A stretch of DNA of 64,000 bases from NCBI GenBank assembly GCA_963783575.1, contig CAWAOD010000009.1:320001-384000 (forward strand). The letters run 5' to 3'. Under the pieces are notes generated by a model, which saw nothing but the letters and a program-made list of their open reading frames with translations, searched no databases and was not told the DNA's origin. Source of the DNA: an uncultured Spirochaetota bacterium. GTDB taxonomy: Bacteria; Spirochaetota; Brevinematia; Brevinematales; JAOACQ01. A program made the translations under genes and the position numbers. Below are positions 21,657 through 30,591 of this stretch, in pieces. Numbering within the stretch: the first letter of the stretch is position 1; the number at the start of each line of letters is the position of its first letter.

Positions 21657-22220
21657 TTAATTAATAATTTTCATGATAAGCGTTTCCAAATCATCATAAG
21701 CTTTTTCTAAAATATTATTGATAATAATATAATCATATTTATCGGAGTAATTCATCTCCGAAACGGCATTTTCCATCCTTGTATGAATACTGCCGAGGCT
21801 TTCGGACTTCCTTTTTTTAATTCGTTTCTTCAGTTCATTAATTGATGGCGGAGAAATAAATATCAATGAACTTTCGGGGAAAATCCTTTTAATATTCATT
21901 CCTCCCTGGACATCTACGTCCAGCAGGCAGTTTTTACCCGAGTTTATAATTCTTTCAACTTCCGACTTTAATGTCCCATAAAGATTTTTATAAACAATCG
22001 CCCATTCAACCAACTCATTATTCTCAATTTTATTTTTAAATTCATCCTTACTAATAAAGAAATAATCCTTACCTTCTTTTTCGCCTGATCTTTGAGGTCT
22101 TGTTGTTGCTGATACCGAAAACGCAATCGATTCCTGGTACTTATCAAGGATTTTCCTGTATAATGTCGTTTTTCCAACTCCGGAGGGGCCTGATATAACG
22201 ATGATCTTGCCCTTCTTCAT
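21657..22220 (-). CDS. gmk: Guanylate kinase
   Basis: GPSGVGKTT, SATTRPQRSGE, YGT, LDVDVQG. Confidence 0.95.
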   Translation of the reverse strand: MKKGKIIVISGPSGVGKTTLYRKILDKYQESIAFSVSATTRPQRSGEKEGKDYFFISKDEFKNKIENNELVEWAIVYKNLYGTLKSEVERIINSGKNCLLDVDVQGGMNIKRIFPESSLIFISPPSINELKKRIKKRKSESLGSIHTRMENAVSEMNYSDKYDYIIINNILEKAYDDLETLIMKIIN

Positions 22221-22223
22221 ATA

Positions 22224-23111
22224 TTACTCCAGATTTCTTAATTGTTCCCTGATCTTCTCTATTTCGCCCTTAATCATAATTGTATTCTCAATGATAGTAT
22301 ACTCGCTCGATTTTGAAGCAATGGTATTTGTCTCCCTGTTCATTTCCTGGCTTATAAAATCCAATTTTTTACTGTCGCCTGTCATTATTCCATCAATAAT
22401 TTTTTTAAACTGGCTTAAATGACTTTTTAAGCGGACAATTTCCTCATTAATCGCAGTTCTTGAAGCTATCATTTCAAGCTCCAGAAGCAGCCGGTTATTT
22501 GCCAGCTGGTCTTCAAAAGATCCGGGCATTAATTCTAAAAGCCTTTCTTTTAAAGATTTTTTGTATTTCTCAAGACTTTCCGGATATATTTTTTCTATAA
22601 AAGCCGTGCTTTCTTTTATTATATTAAGTGACTTTTCTATATCTTCCCTTGTTTTTGCGCCTTCTGAAAGCATCATTTCCATAATTTTTTCAAGCAAAGA
22701 ATCAAGCGTTTTCATTATAGTTTCGAATAAATCTTCATATCCTCCGATTCTCTCAATCTGTAAAATATTATTAAATGAGATAAAATCTTTCATAGCCAGA
22801 TCGGAGACTATACCGATTTTTTGAGAAAGTGAAACAAGAGCGGTCTCATATTTTTCAGCAAGCTCGTAATTAACGATAATATTATAATTCTGAGCATCTT
22901 TTTCAACAATCTTAAGGTATAAATCGATTTTACCGCGTTTTAGTTTACTATTAATGGCATTTTTAATATCATTTTCCCATTCTTCAATCGACGCGTTGGA
23001 TTTCATTTTAAACTCAAAGTATCTAGAATTGACGCTTTTTATCTCCATTGAGACATCATACTTTTCAGTATTGATATACTCACTAGCAAATCCTGTCATG
23101 CTTCTGATCAT
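22224..23111 (-). CDS. yicC: YicC/YloC family endoribonuclease
   Basis: IRSMTGF, KSVNSRY, RGKID, EEIVRL, KLDFISQEMNRETNTIASK, EKIREQ. Confidence 0.92.
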   Translation of the reverse strand: MIRSMTGFASEYINTEKYDVSMEIKSVNSRYFEFKMKSNASIEEWENDIKNAINSKLKRGKIDLYLKIVEKDAQNYNIIVNYELAEKYETALVSLSQKIGIVSDLAMKDFISFNNILQIERIGGYEDLFETIMKTLDSLLEKIMEMMLSEGAKTREDIEKSLNIIKESTAFIEKIYPESLEKYKKSLKERLLELMPGSFEDQLANNRLLLELEMIASRTAINEEIVRLKSHLSQFKKIIDGIMTGDSKKLDFISQEMNRETNTIASKSSEYTIIENTIMIKGEIEKIREQLRNLE

Positions 23112-23862
23112 TTCTATCCCCTTCAATAGGATACTTACTATTTACTTTACTTTTTATTTCATTCAGAACTTTTTCCGCCGCTTTTTGTTCCGCATCTTTT
23201 TTTGTCCTGCCTGTTGCAGTTGCAGCATATTCATTATGAATACTTACCCTGACCTCAAAAATTTTATTATGATCGGGTCCCGATTCATTGATTACCTGAT
23301 AAACCGGGTATTCTTTAAACTTTGAAATCGACCATTTTTGAATCTGCGTTTTATAATCCCTGGTTCCTGTTTTAAGCCTTTTGCTAATTTCATCTTCCAT
23401 CAATTTTTTTACAAAAGCTAGCGCCCCTTTAAAACCCTTTTCAAGAAACAAAACTCCTATAATCGATTCTATTATATCCGCGGCGACCTTTTCTTTTGCT
23501 CTTGTATCGGAAAGGGTTTCCCCCTTGCCAAGATTGATATAAGCAAGTATATTGTATGATATCGCAATTTCCGAGAGTGTTTTTTCATCAACCAGGCTTG
23601 ATCTTAATGCCGATAAACCGCCCTCTGTTAGCTTTGGGTTATTTATAAAAAGGATAAACGCGACTGACGCATTCAATATTGAATCTCCAAGAAATTCCAG
23701 CCTCTCGTAAGTTTCATTGTATTCATTGGCTTTATCCAGGCATGACGAATGGGTTAGCGCCCTATCCAGCATATAATATTTTTTGATTTTTATATCCAGC
23801 TTCCGGCATAATATTTTAAGCTTTTTGATACGAATGGGTGAAATCTTCTCTTTATCCTTCAT
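23083..23862 (-). CDS. rnc: Ribonuclease III
   Basis: ALTHSS, ERLEFLGDS, dsRBD (DYKTQIQ...KKDAEQKAA); ATG at 23862 preferred. Confidence 0.95.
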   Translation of the reverse strand: MKDKEKISPIRIKKLKILCRKLDIKIKKYYMLDRALTHSSCLDKANEYNETYERLEFLGDSILNASVAFILFINNPKLTEGGLSALRSSLVDEKTLSEIAISYNILAYINLGKGETLSDTRAKEKVAADIIESIIGVLFLEKGFKGALAFVKKLMEDEISKRLKTGTRDYKTQIQKWSISKFKEYPVYQVINESGPDHNKIFEVRVSIHNEYAATATGRTKKDAEQKAAEKVLNEIKSKVNSKYPIEGDRNDQKHDRIC

Positions 23863-25105
23863 ATTTCTTGAAAACAAGGGTTGCATTATGACCACCAAAA
23901 CCAAAAGAATTGCTGAGGGCAAAAGTCAAATCACATTTAACCGGTTTATTCGGAGTATAATTAAGATCGCATTCCGGATCGGGATTATCCAGATTAATTG
24001 TTGGATGTACAATTCCGGATTGGATCATCTTAATGACAGCTATGGCTTCAATCGCCCCCGATGCTCCAAGTGAATGCCCGGTCATTGACTTTGTTGAATT
24101 AATATTTAATTTATAAGCGTAATCTCCGAAGACTGATTTTAAAGCCTTTGTCTCTGCAATATCACCGAGTTCCGTCGATGTGCCGTGAGTATTTACAAGC
24201 TGAATATCCTGGGGGCTTAAGCCGGCTTTTTTAAGTGAGTTCTTCATTGCTATAGCAGCGCCGCTTCCATCGCCGCATGGCGCTGTAATATGATGGGCAT
24301 CCCCACTTACACCGTAAGAAATAAGTTCGGCATGTATCTTCGCACCTCTTTTCTTAGCATGCTCCAATTCCTCAAGAACCAATATGCCGGAACCTTCGGC
24401 CATAACAAACCCATCCCTGCCTTTATCGAAAGGCCTTGAAGCCTTTGCCGGATTATCGTTATAATGAGTTGAGAGGGCAAGAGCCTGGGTAAAACCTGCA
24501 TATCCGATGTTTGTTATTGCAGCTTCTGAGCCACCTGTTATAACAATATCGGCATCCCCAAGCAGGATATGATTAAATGCCGCGCATATACTGTGAGAAG
24601 CCGAAGCGCATGCCGAAACTACTGAATAATTCGGCCCCCTGAAACCGTATTCGATCGAAACATATCCCGAAGCGATGTCGCTTATAAGCATGGGTATTAA
24701 GAGCGGTGACACTTTTTTATGACCTGAAGTGTAAAGTTTAACGGAATTATCATAGAAAGTCTGAATACCGCCGATCCCCGAACCGATAATCACACCGATT
24801 CTTTCTCTGTCAATATTTGAATTCAAAATCCTGCTATCATTAATCGCTTCTTTTGCCGCCGCAAAAGCAAACTGACAATAACGGTCCATTCTTTTAACCT
24901 GTTTTTTTCCCATATAATTTTCAGGATTAAAATCCTCATTGTTAACCTGACCTCCGATTAAAGAAGGAGAGTCTTTTAAATCAATATTTGTAACTTTTTT
25001 AATTCCGGATTTACCGTTCTTTAAACCTTCCCAAAATTCCTCGACATTCATTCCAACCGGATTTATCGTTCCCATTCCGGTCACAACAATCTTCCGTAAT
25101 TCCAT
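23852..25105 (-). CDS. fabF: Beta-ketoacyl-ACP synthase II
   Basis: VVTGMG, SACAS, HGTST, STKSMTGH, NSFGFGGHN. Confidence 0.95.
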   Translation of the reverse strand: MELRKIVVTGMGTINPVGMNVEEFWEGLKNGKSGIKKVTNIDLKDSPSLIGGQVNNEDFNPENYMGKKQVKRMDRYCQFAFAAAKEAINDSRILNSNIDRERIGVIIGSGIGGIQTFYDNSVKLYTSGHKKVSPLLIPMLISDIASGYVSIEYGFRGPNYSVVSACASASHSICAAFNHILLGDADIVITGGSEAAITNIGYAGFTQALALSTHYNDNPAKASRPFDKGRDGFVMAEGSGILVLEELEHAKKRGAKIHAELISYGVSGDAHHITAPCGDGSGAAIAMKNSLKKAGLSPQDIQLVNTHGTSTELGDIAETKALKSVFGDYAYKLNINSTKSMTGHSLGASGAIEAIAVIKMIQSGIVHPTINLDNPDPECDLNYTPNKPVKCDLTFALSNSFGFGGHNATLVFKKYEG

Positions 25106-25204
25106 CTCAATTCCTCCTGACTAGCATGTTGCTTGATCCTAATAAATTAATTCCACCCTAAAATTTTTACAATAAAAACTTTAATTCCATCTTGTTTGTT
25201 AATA

Positions 25205-25951
25205 CTAAGACATTACCATACCGCCATCAACCGTTATAACCTGCCCGGTAATATAATCGGCTTCTGCGGAAGAAAGAAATAATACCGCCTTCGCGATATC
25301 CTCAGGCTGTCCCATTTTTTTCAACGGGATTAATTTAAGCATCTCTTCTTTAACATTATCCGGAAGTTTATCAGTCATGGCAGTCTGGATGTATCCCGGC
25401 GCCACAGCGTTAACATTAACATTCCTTCCGGCAAGCTCCTTTGCTGCGGTTTTTGTCAGGGCTATTACACCGGCTTTACTTGCAGCATAATTCGCCTGTC
25501 CGGCATTACCCATCAATCCTATAACAGATGCAATATTAACAATTTTTCCGCTTCTCTGTTTCATCATTACCGGATAAACTGCTTTTATACCATTAAAAAC
25601 ACCCTTCATATTTATATTAATGACAATATCAAAATCTTCCGGTGTCATTTTCAGTATTAGTTTGTCCCTTGTTATCCCGGCATTATTAACCAGTATATCA
25701 ACGCTTCCAAATTCTTCCTTTGTTTTATTGATCATAGATTCGACTTCACTGTATTTTGATACGTCAATCTTTAAGGCGAAACTTTTTCTGCCCAGATTCC
25801 TTATCTCTAAAGCTGTTTCTTCGGCAGCTTCAAGCATAACGTCTACAATTGCAACATTAGCTCCTTCATTCGCAAGTTTCATTGCTATGGCTTTCCCAAT
25901 ACCCCTTGCCGAACCTGTAACAATCGCATTTTTATTATCAAGTTTTCCCAT
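25205..25951 (-). CDS. fabG: 3-oxoacyl-ACP reductase
   Basis: TGSARGIG, NNAGITRD, YAASK; fab cluster context. Confidence 0.95.
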   Translation of the reverse strand: MGKLDNKNAIVTGSARGIGKAIAMKLANEGANVAIVDVMLEAAEETALEIRNLGRKSFALKIDVSKYSEVESMINKTKEEFGSVDILVNNAGITRDKLILKMTPEDFDIVININMKGVFNGIKAVYPVMMKQRSGKIVNIASVIGLMGNAGQANYAASKAGVIALTKTAAKELAGRNVNVNAVAPGYIQTAMTDKLPDNVKEEMLKLIPLKKMGQPEDIAKAVLFLSSAEADYITGQVITVDGGMVMS

Positions 25952-26100
25952 TTATCATAACCTCCTAATTTTATCAGGTATTGTTAATATAACAGGGACA
26001 GTTCCATTTTATTTAAAAGCCGGTTTTAATTTGATTTTCGAACTGCCCATAGATTATCAATAATTTTCATTTAAAAATCAAGAAAGATGCTTGTAAAATA

Positions 26101-27084
26101 TTACCATTTTAATATGGTGGCTCCCCATGTCAAACCGGCTCCGAAGGCCACCATTGCAACTAAATCGCCTTTCTGCAATCTTCCTTCGGAATGGGCTTCA
26201 GCTATAGCAACCGGTATTGTTGCGGCGCTCATATTGCCATATTTGGCCAAATTCATAAAGACTTTATCTTGCGGAAATGAAAGTCTCTCGGCTACACTTT
26301 TGATAATACGTTCATTCGCCTGGTGAGGAATTAAAAGTTTTATATCTTCCACTTTAATATTCAATTCCCTGATTAATTCATCCATAACATCCGCCATAAA
26401 TCTAACTGCGACCTTAAACGTAGCATTCCCATTCATCCGAAGAAAATGTTGCCCACGGTCAATTGTTTCATGACTTGCAGGTTTATAGGATCCGCCGGCT
26501 TCTATATATAATAAATCCTTATAATTGCCATCACCGCGAAGACGGAATCCAAGAAAACCCGAATCATCGGAATCATTCCTGGTAACCACAACAGCGCCGG
26601 CACCGTCTCCGAAAAGAACACAGGTATTTCTGTCTTTCCAGTCCGCGACTCTGGAAAGGGTCTCAGAGGCAACAACAAGAACATTTTTATACATGCCGGA
26701 AACAATATAAGCATTTGCCATCGAAACACCGTAAATAAAACCTGAACATGCCGCCTCAATATCAACCGTACCGGCTTTTGGAATCTGCAGCTTATCCTGC
26801 AGAAGACAAGCTGAAGCCGGAAACAACATATCGGGAGTGGCCGTGCAAAAGATTACCATTTCTATTTCCTCTTTTGCAATTTTCGCCATATCAATAGCCT
26901 TCTGTGCTGCAATAACGCCCATTGTAAAAGATGTTTCCTCCGGAGCGGCTATATGCCTTTCTTTAATCCCTGTCCTTGTAGTTATCCATTCGTCATTTGT
27001 TTCAACCATTTTTTCCAGATCATGATTCGTTAATATTTTTTGCGGTATATACTTACCGACGCCTGAAATTTTAGCCTTAATCAA
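26101..27084 (-). CDS. fabH: Beta-ketoacyl-ACP synthase III
   Basis: AACSG, LFGDGAGA, PHQAN, YGNMSAA, GAGLTWG; TTG start with RBS ggaggg. Confidence 0.95.
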   Translation of the reverse strand: MIKAKISGVGKYIPQKILTNHDLEKMVETNDEWITTRTGIKERHIAAPEETSFTMGVIAAQKAIDMAKIAKEEIEMVIFCTATPDMLFPASACLLQDKLQIPKAGTVDIEAACSGFIYGVSMANAYIVSGMYKNVLVVASETLSRVADWKDRNTCVLFGDGAGAVVVTRNDSDDSGFLGFRLRGDGNYKDLLYIEAGGSYKPASHETIDRGQHFLRMNGNATFKVAVRFMADVMDELIRELNIKVEDIKLLIPHQANERIIKSVAERLSFPQDKVFMNLAKYGNMSAATIPVAIAEAHSEGRLQKGDLVAMVAFGAGLTWGATILKW

Positions 27085-27106
27085 TTTTGCCCTCCAAACT
27101 AATTTA

Positions 27107-28090
27107 TTACCATTTTAAAATACTTGCTCCCCAGGTAAACCCTCCGCCGATAGCCACAAAAGCAATTACCCCGCCATTTTTGATTTTACCGTCTTCAAAA
27201 GCCTCCGTTAATGCTATCGGAATTGTGGCTGCACTAGTATTTCCATATTTTGCAATATTTATAAAAATTCTTTCTTCGGGTAAATTTAATCTTTCCGCTA
27301 ATCCATTTATTATACGAATATTTGCCTGATGAGGTATAAGAAGATTAATATCACTTACTGTCAGATTCAGGTCATTTAATAATTCTTCCATAATATCGGA
27401 CATAGACCGAATGGCAATTTTAAACGTAGATTTCCCGTTCATTCTGAGAAAATGAAGCCCTTGCTCCACGGTTTCATGAGTTGCGGGCTTATATGAGCCT
27501 CCTGCGGTTAAATATAAAAAGTCTTTATAACTTCCATTCCCCCGCAATTTAAATCCAAGAAAACCTGATTCTGCCGAACCAGACCTCGATACAACCACTG
27601 CTCCGGCGCCATCCCCAAAAAGCACACAGGTATTTCTATCCTTCCAGTCAATAATTCTGGACATAGCTTCCGATCCGATAACAAGAATATTTTCATACAT
27701 GCCGGAAACAATATATGCATTGGCTAGAGACATCCCGTAAATAAATCCTGAACAAGCCGCTTCAATATCTACCGTTCCTGCATTATTAAGTCTAAGCTTT
27801 TCCTGGACAAGGCATGCCGATGCCGGGAAAAGATAATCCGGACTCATAGTAGAAAATATTATCATATCAATTGCATCTTTAGAAACTCCGGACATCCTGA
27901 TCGCCTCTTTAGCGGCTTCCATACCCATGGTCGATGATGTCTAATGAACACCGGCGATACGCCTTTCTTTGATCCCGGTCCTTGTCGTTATCCATTCATC
28001 ATTTGTTTCAACCATTTTTTCAAGGTCGAAATTCGTTAATATCTTTTCAGGGAGGTACTTACCCACCCCAGTAATTTTAGCCCTGAACAA
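27107..28090 (-). pseudogene. fabH: Second fabH paralog with an in-frame TAG at 27941-27943
   Basis: TTG at 28090 (RBS ggaggt) to 27107 is one 328-codon frame, the same length as the neighbouring fabH. It reads [14 protein letters not shown] versus ERHIAAPEETSFTMG; catalytic C/H/N motifs are intact. Confidence 0.85.
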
Positions 28091-28121
28091 AATGCACCTC
28101 CGGTACTCCTGAGTCGCTTGA

Positions 28122-28160
28122 TCGAAAGTCATTTAGTCAATTTGACTAAATGACTTTCGA
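28122..28160. promoter_or_regulatory. Perfect 19-bp inverted repeat upstream of the second fabH (candidate operator)
   Basis: tcgaaagtcatttagtcaa-t-ttgactaaatgactttcga. Confidence 0.55.
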
Positions 28161-28252
28161 CTAAAACACCAATTGATTAAAATTTTATACAATTAATAAT
28201 TCAGTATGTTGGAATAGTAAACTAATTCGAATTTTGAAGGGAAATTCTTCTG

Positions 28253-29293
28253 TTATTGCGATTCGGTAAGATGAAGCTCCTCGATTTTTCTATTTATTTT
28301 ACCTAATATATCGCTTCTGACAGCGTTAGCAGCATTTATTATTCCGCATTTAACAGCTTCCCTTCCGGACTTGCCATGACCTATAAAGATGTTGCCGTTT
28401 ACCCCAAGAAGCGGAGCTCCGCCATGTCCTTCCGGGTCCATTGTCTTTTTTAATGTCTTTATTGCCCCTTTATAAAAAACAAATGACAGAGTGGCAGAAA
28501 TACTTTTTTTAACCGCGCTTTTAAGTATTGTAGACACTGCTTTTCCTGCTCCTTCAGCAATTTTTAAACCAATATTACCTATATATCCATCGCAAACCAC
28601 AACATCGACATCATCGGAAAATAATTGATCGCCTTCAATATTACCAATAAAATTGATATCCATCTCCGATAGTCTTTTATAGGTAGCTTTTGCCGTTGAT
28701 GTGCCTTTATGAGATTCTTCACCGATATTTAAAAGCCCAATTCTTGGATTATTAATACCTAAAAGTTCCTGGATATAAATTTTACCCATAGCCGCAAACT
28801 TTATCAGATCATCGGATTCACACTCGGCGCTGGCCCCAACATCAAGTACAAGGTTCGCACTTCCAACAACATTTGGAATAAACGCTGCCAGTGCGGGCTT
28901 TTTGACGCCTTTAATGCGCCCCATTATTAGTGATGCCGCAACGACAATTGCACCGGTATTGCCCGGCGAAAAGAAACCGTCGATCTCTCCTGCTTTATGA
29001 GCCTGTAATCCCCTGACAATACTGGAATCTTTTTTCTGCTTGATCACGGTAAGCGGATCATCTTCCATTGTAATTATTTCCGAAGCTTCTAAAATGCTAA
29101 TCCTCTGAATAGACTTTTTCTTAATGATCAATCTTTTATTTTGCAATAAAGGACGGTAAATATCACCCTTCCCAATCATAATTACTTCAATGTCTGGAAC
29201 AGCTTCAACACCGTCTATACATCCATGGACCAACTCATCAATTGCAGATTCACCGCTAATCAGATCAACACCGATTCTAATAGTTTTTCCCAT
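28253..29293 (-). CDS. plsX: Phosphate acyltransferase
   Basis: KKDSS, GNTGA, DVGA, LLNIGEE.HKG, DVVVCDGY.GN, GGAPLLG, HGKS. Confidence 0.93.
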   Translation of the reverse strand: MGKTIRIGVDLISGESAIDELVHGCIDGVEAVPDIEVIMIGKGDIYRPLLQNKRLIIKKKSIQRISILEASEIITMEDDPLTVIKQKKDSSIVRGLQAHKAGEIDGFFSPGNTGAIVVAASLIMGRIKGVKKPALAAFIPNVVGSANLVLDVGASAECESDDLIKFAAMGKIYIQELLGINNPRIGLLNIGEESHKGTSTAKATYKRLSEMDINFIGNIEGDQLFSDDVDVVVCDGYIGNIGLKIAEGAGKAVSTILKSAVKKSISATLSFVFYKGAIKTLKKTMDPEGHGGAPLLGVNGNIFIGHGKSGREAVKCGIINAANAVRSDILGKINRKIEELHLTESQ

Positions 29294-29317
29294 AGATAGT
29301 TCCAACCACTAATCAAT

Positions 29318-29512
29318 TTATTCTTCTTTCACTACTTTTGTAATAATTTGTTTCTCTTTGTAAAAACCGCAGCTCATGCAGACCCTGTGAGGAAGCTTTT
29401 TAGCTCCACAATTTGGACAAACTGATAAAGCCGGGGCTTCCATATTATAATATCCGTTTGATTTTCTCATCCTGCTTTTGGTTTTCGCTGTTTTATGTTT
29501 CGGTACCGGCAT
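29318..29512 (-). CDS. rpmF: 50S ribosomal protein L32
   Basis: MPVPKHK...CPNCG..KLPHRVC.SCGFY. Confidence 0.95.
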   Translation of the reverse strand: MPVPKHKTAKTKSRMRKSNGYYNMEAPALSVCPNCGAKKLPHRVCMSCGFYKEKQIITKVVKEE

Positions 29513-29545
29513 TATTTACTCCTTAAATAAAATTAACGCTATTAT

Positions 29546-29574
29546 ATTTTATAAGGCAAAGAACCAATTGTCAA
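29546..29574 (-). promoter_or_regulatory. sigma70-type promoter of the rpmF-plsX-fab operon
   Basis: Minus strand TTGACA-17 nt-TAAAAT. Confidence 0.6.
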
Positions 29575-29650
29575 AATTTGGAAGAAAAGCGCTTTATTCA
29601 TTGTACAAAAAAAGGTATAAAAAAAGAAGATTGCTCCCGGAAAACTTTTT

Positions 29651-30380
29651 CTATTTATTTTCAAAATCAAACTCATCGCCATAAAGTTCTATTGTTTCAC
29701 TGTTGTCAAGAAGAACTCTCATAGTATAACGATGGGACATAGGATCGAGCAGAATACCCATGCCTTCCTTTATAATTTGCGACCCAATACCGTCCTGTTC
29801 CATTACATATCACTCTTTTTATTTCGTTCCCCGGCTCAAGGATATTTTCGATCATTTTTGAAACTAATTCTCCTTTTGTTCTTTTAATCAGCATTGTGTA
29901 TAATTCTACAATTATTGTAATTAAATTAATTATTGCAAAAACCAGGCACAAAATATATAAAATTGAATAAGTACCTTGAACAATTAAAACTATAAACAAA
30001 ATAAAAGCTATAAAATAAATCGATGCAGAAAGGGTTCTTGTTATAATTACCGTTAATGGCTTAATTATTTTCACGCCTGAAAGAACCGGAACTTTTTTCT
30101 CAAAAACAAGATGCACTGAATCTTTTTTACTATCAGAATTTTTCTTAATTATTAAATAATATATATTTATAAATGCTCTTATTAAGGAATAGAAGAAAAC
30201 GAATAATATGCAAATCCTATAAATATACCCCGGTAATTCTTTCCATTTAAATATATTCGGTATTGTAGAAAAAACTACAATAATGCAGTAAATAATGTCC
30301 AAAAAGAATAATTTTTCTATAAAACTTAATTTCAATAGAAATTCCTTTAGTATGATTTTAATGTCAATAATGTATAGCAA
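29651..30380 (-). CDS. AT-rich membrane protein of unknown function; probable frameshift near the 3' end (~29717)
   Basis: Four hydrophobic segments. The ORF stops at 29706, but a shifted frame continues VLLDNSETIELYGDEFDFENK* to 29651. Start uncertain. Confidence 0.55.
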
Positions 30381-30591
30381 AGTGATTAAAATATCAAATA
30401 AATCATTTCATTATAAAATAGCACTATTTTAATAACCACAATATTAATAAAAATCTATTATTAGACAAATTGCCCTTCAGTTATTATAATCAGATCCTAA
30501 TCTGAGTGATTATTGCAAAGTTAAAGCTTGAAGTGAGTTTGTCGAACTGTTAAAAGTACCACTTAATAAGGTGTATATTACGGGGATCTTT

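Noticed and set aside
27941..27943. Pyrrolysine or TAG reassignment
   Set aside because: TAG terminates other genes here (e.g. trpF, hinT, tsaD) and no pyl genes are present in the window.
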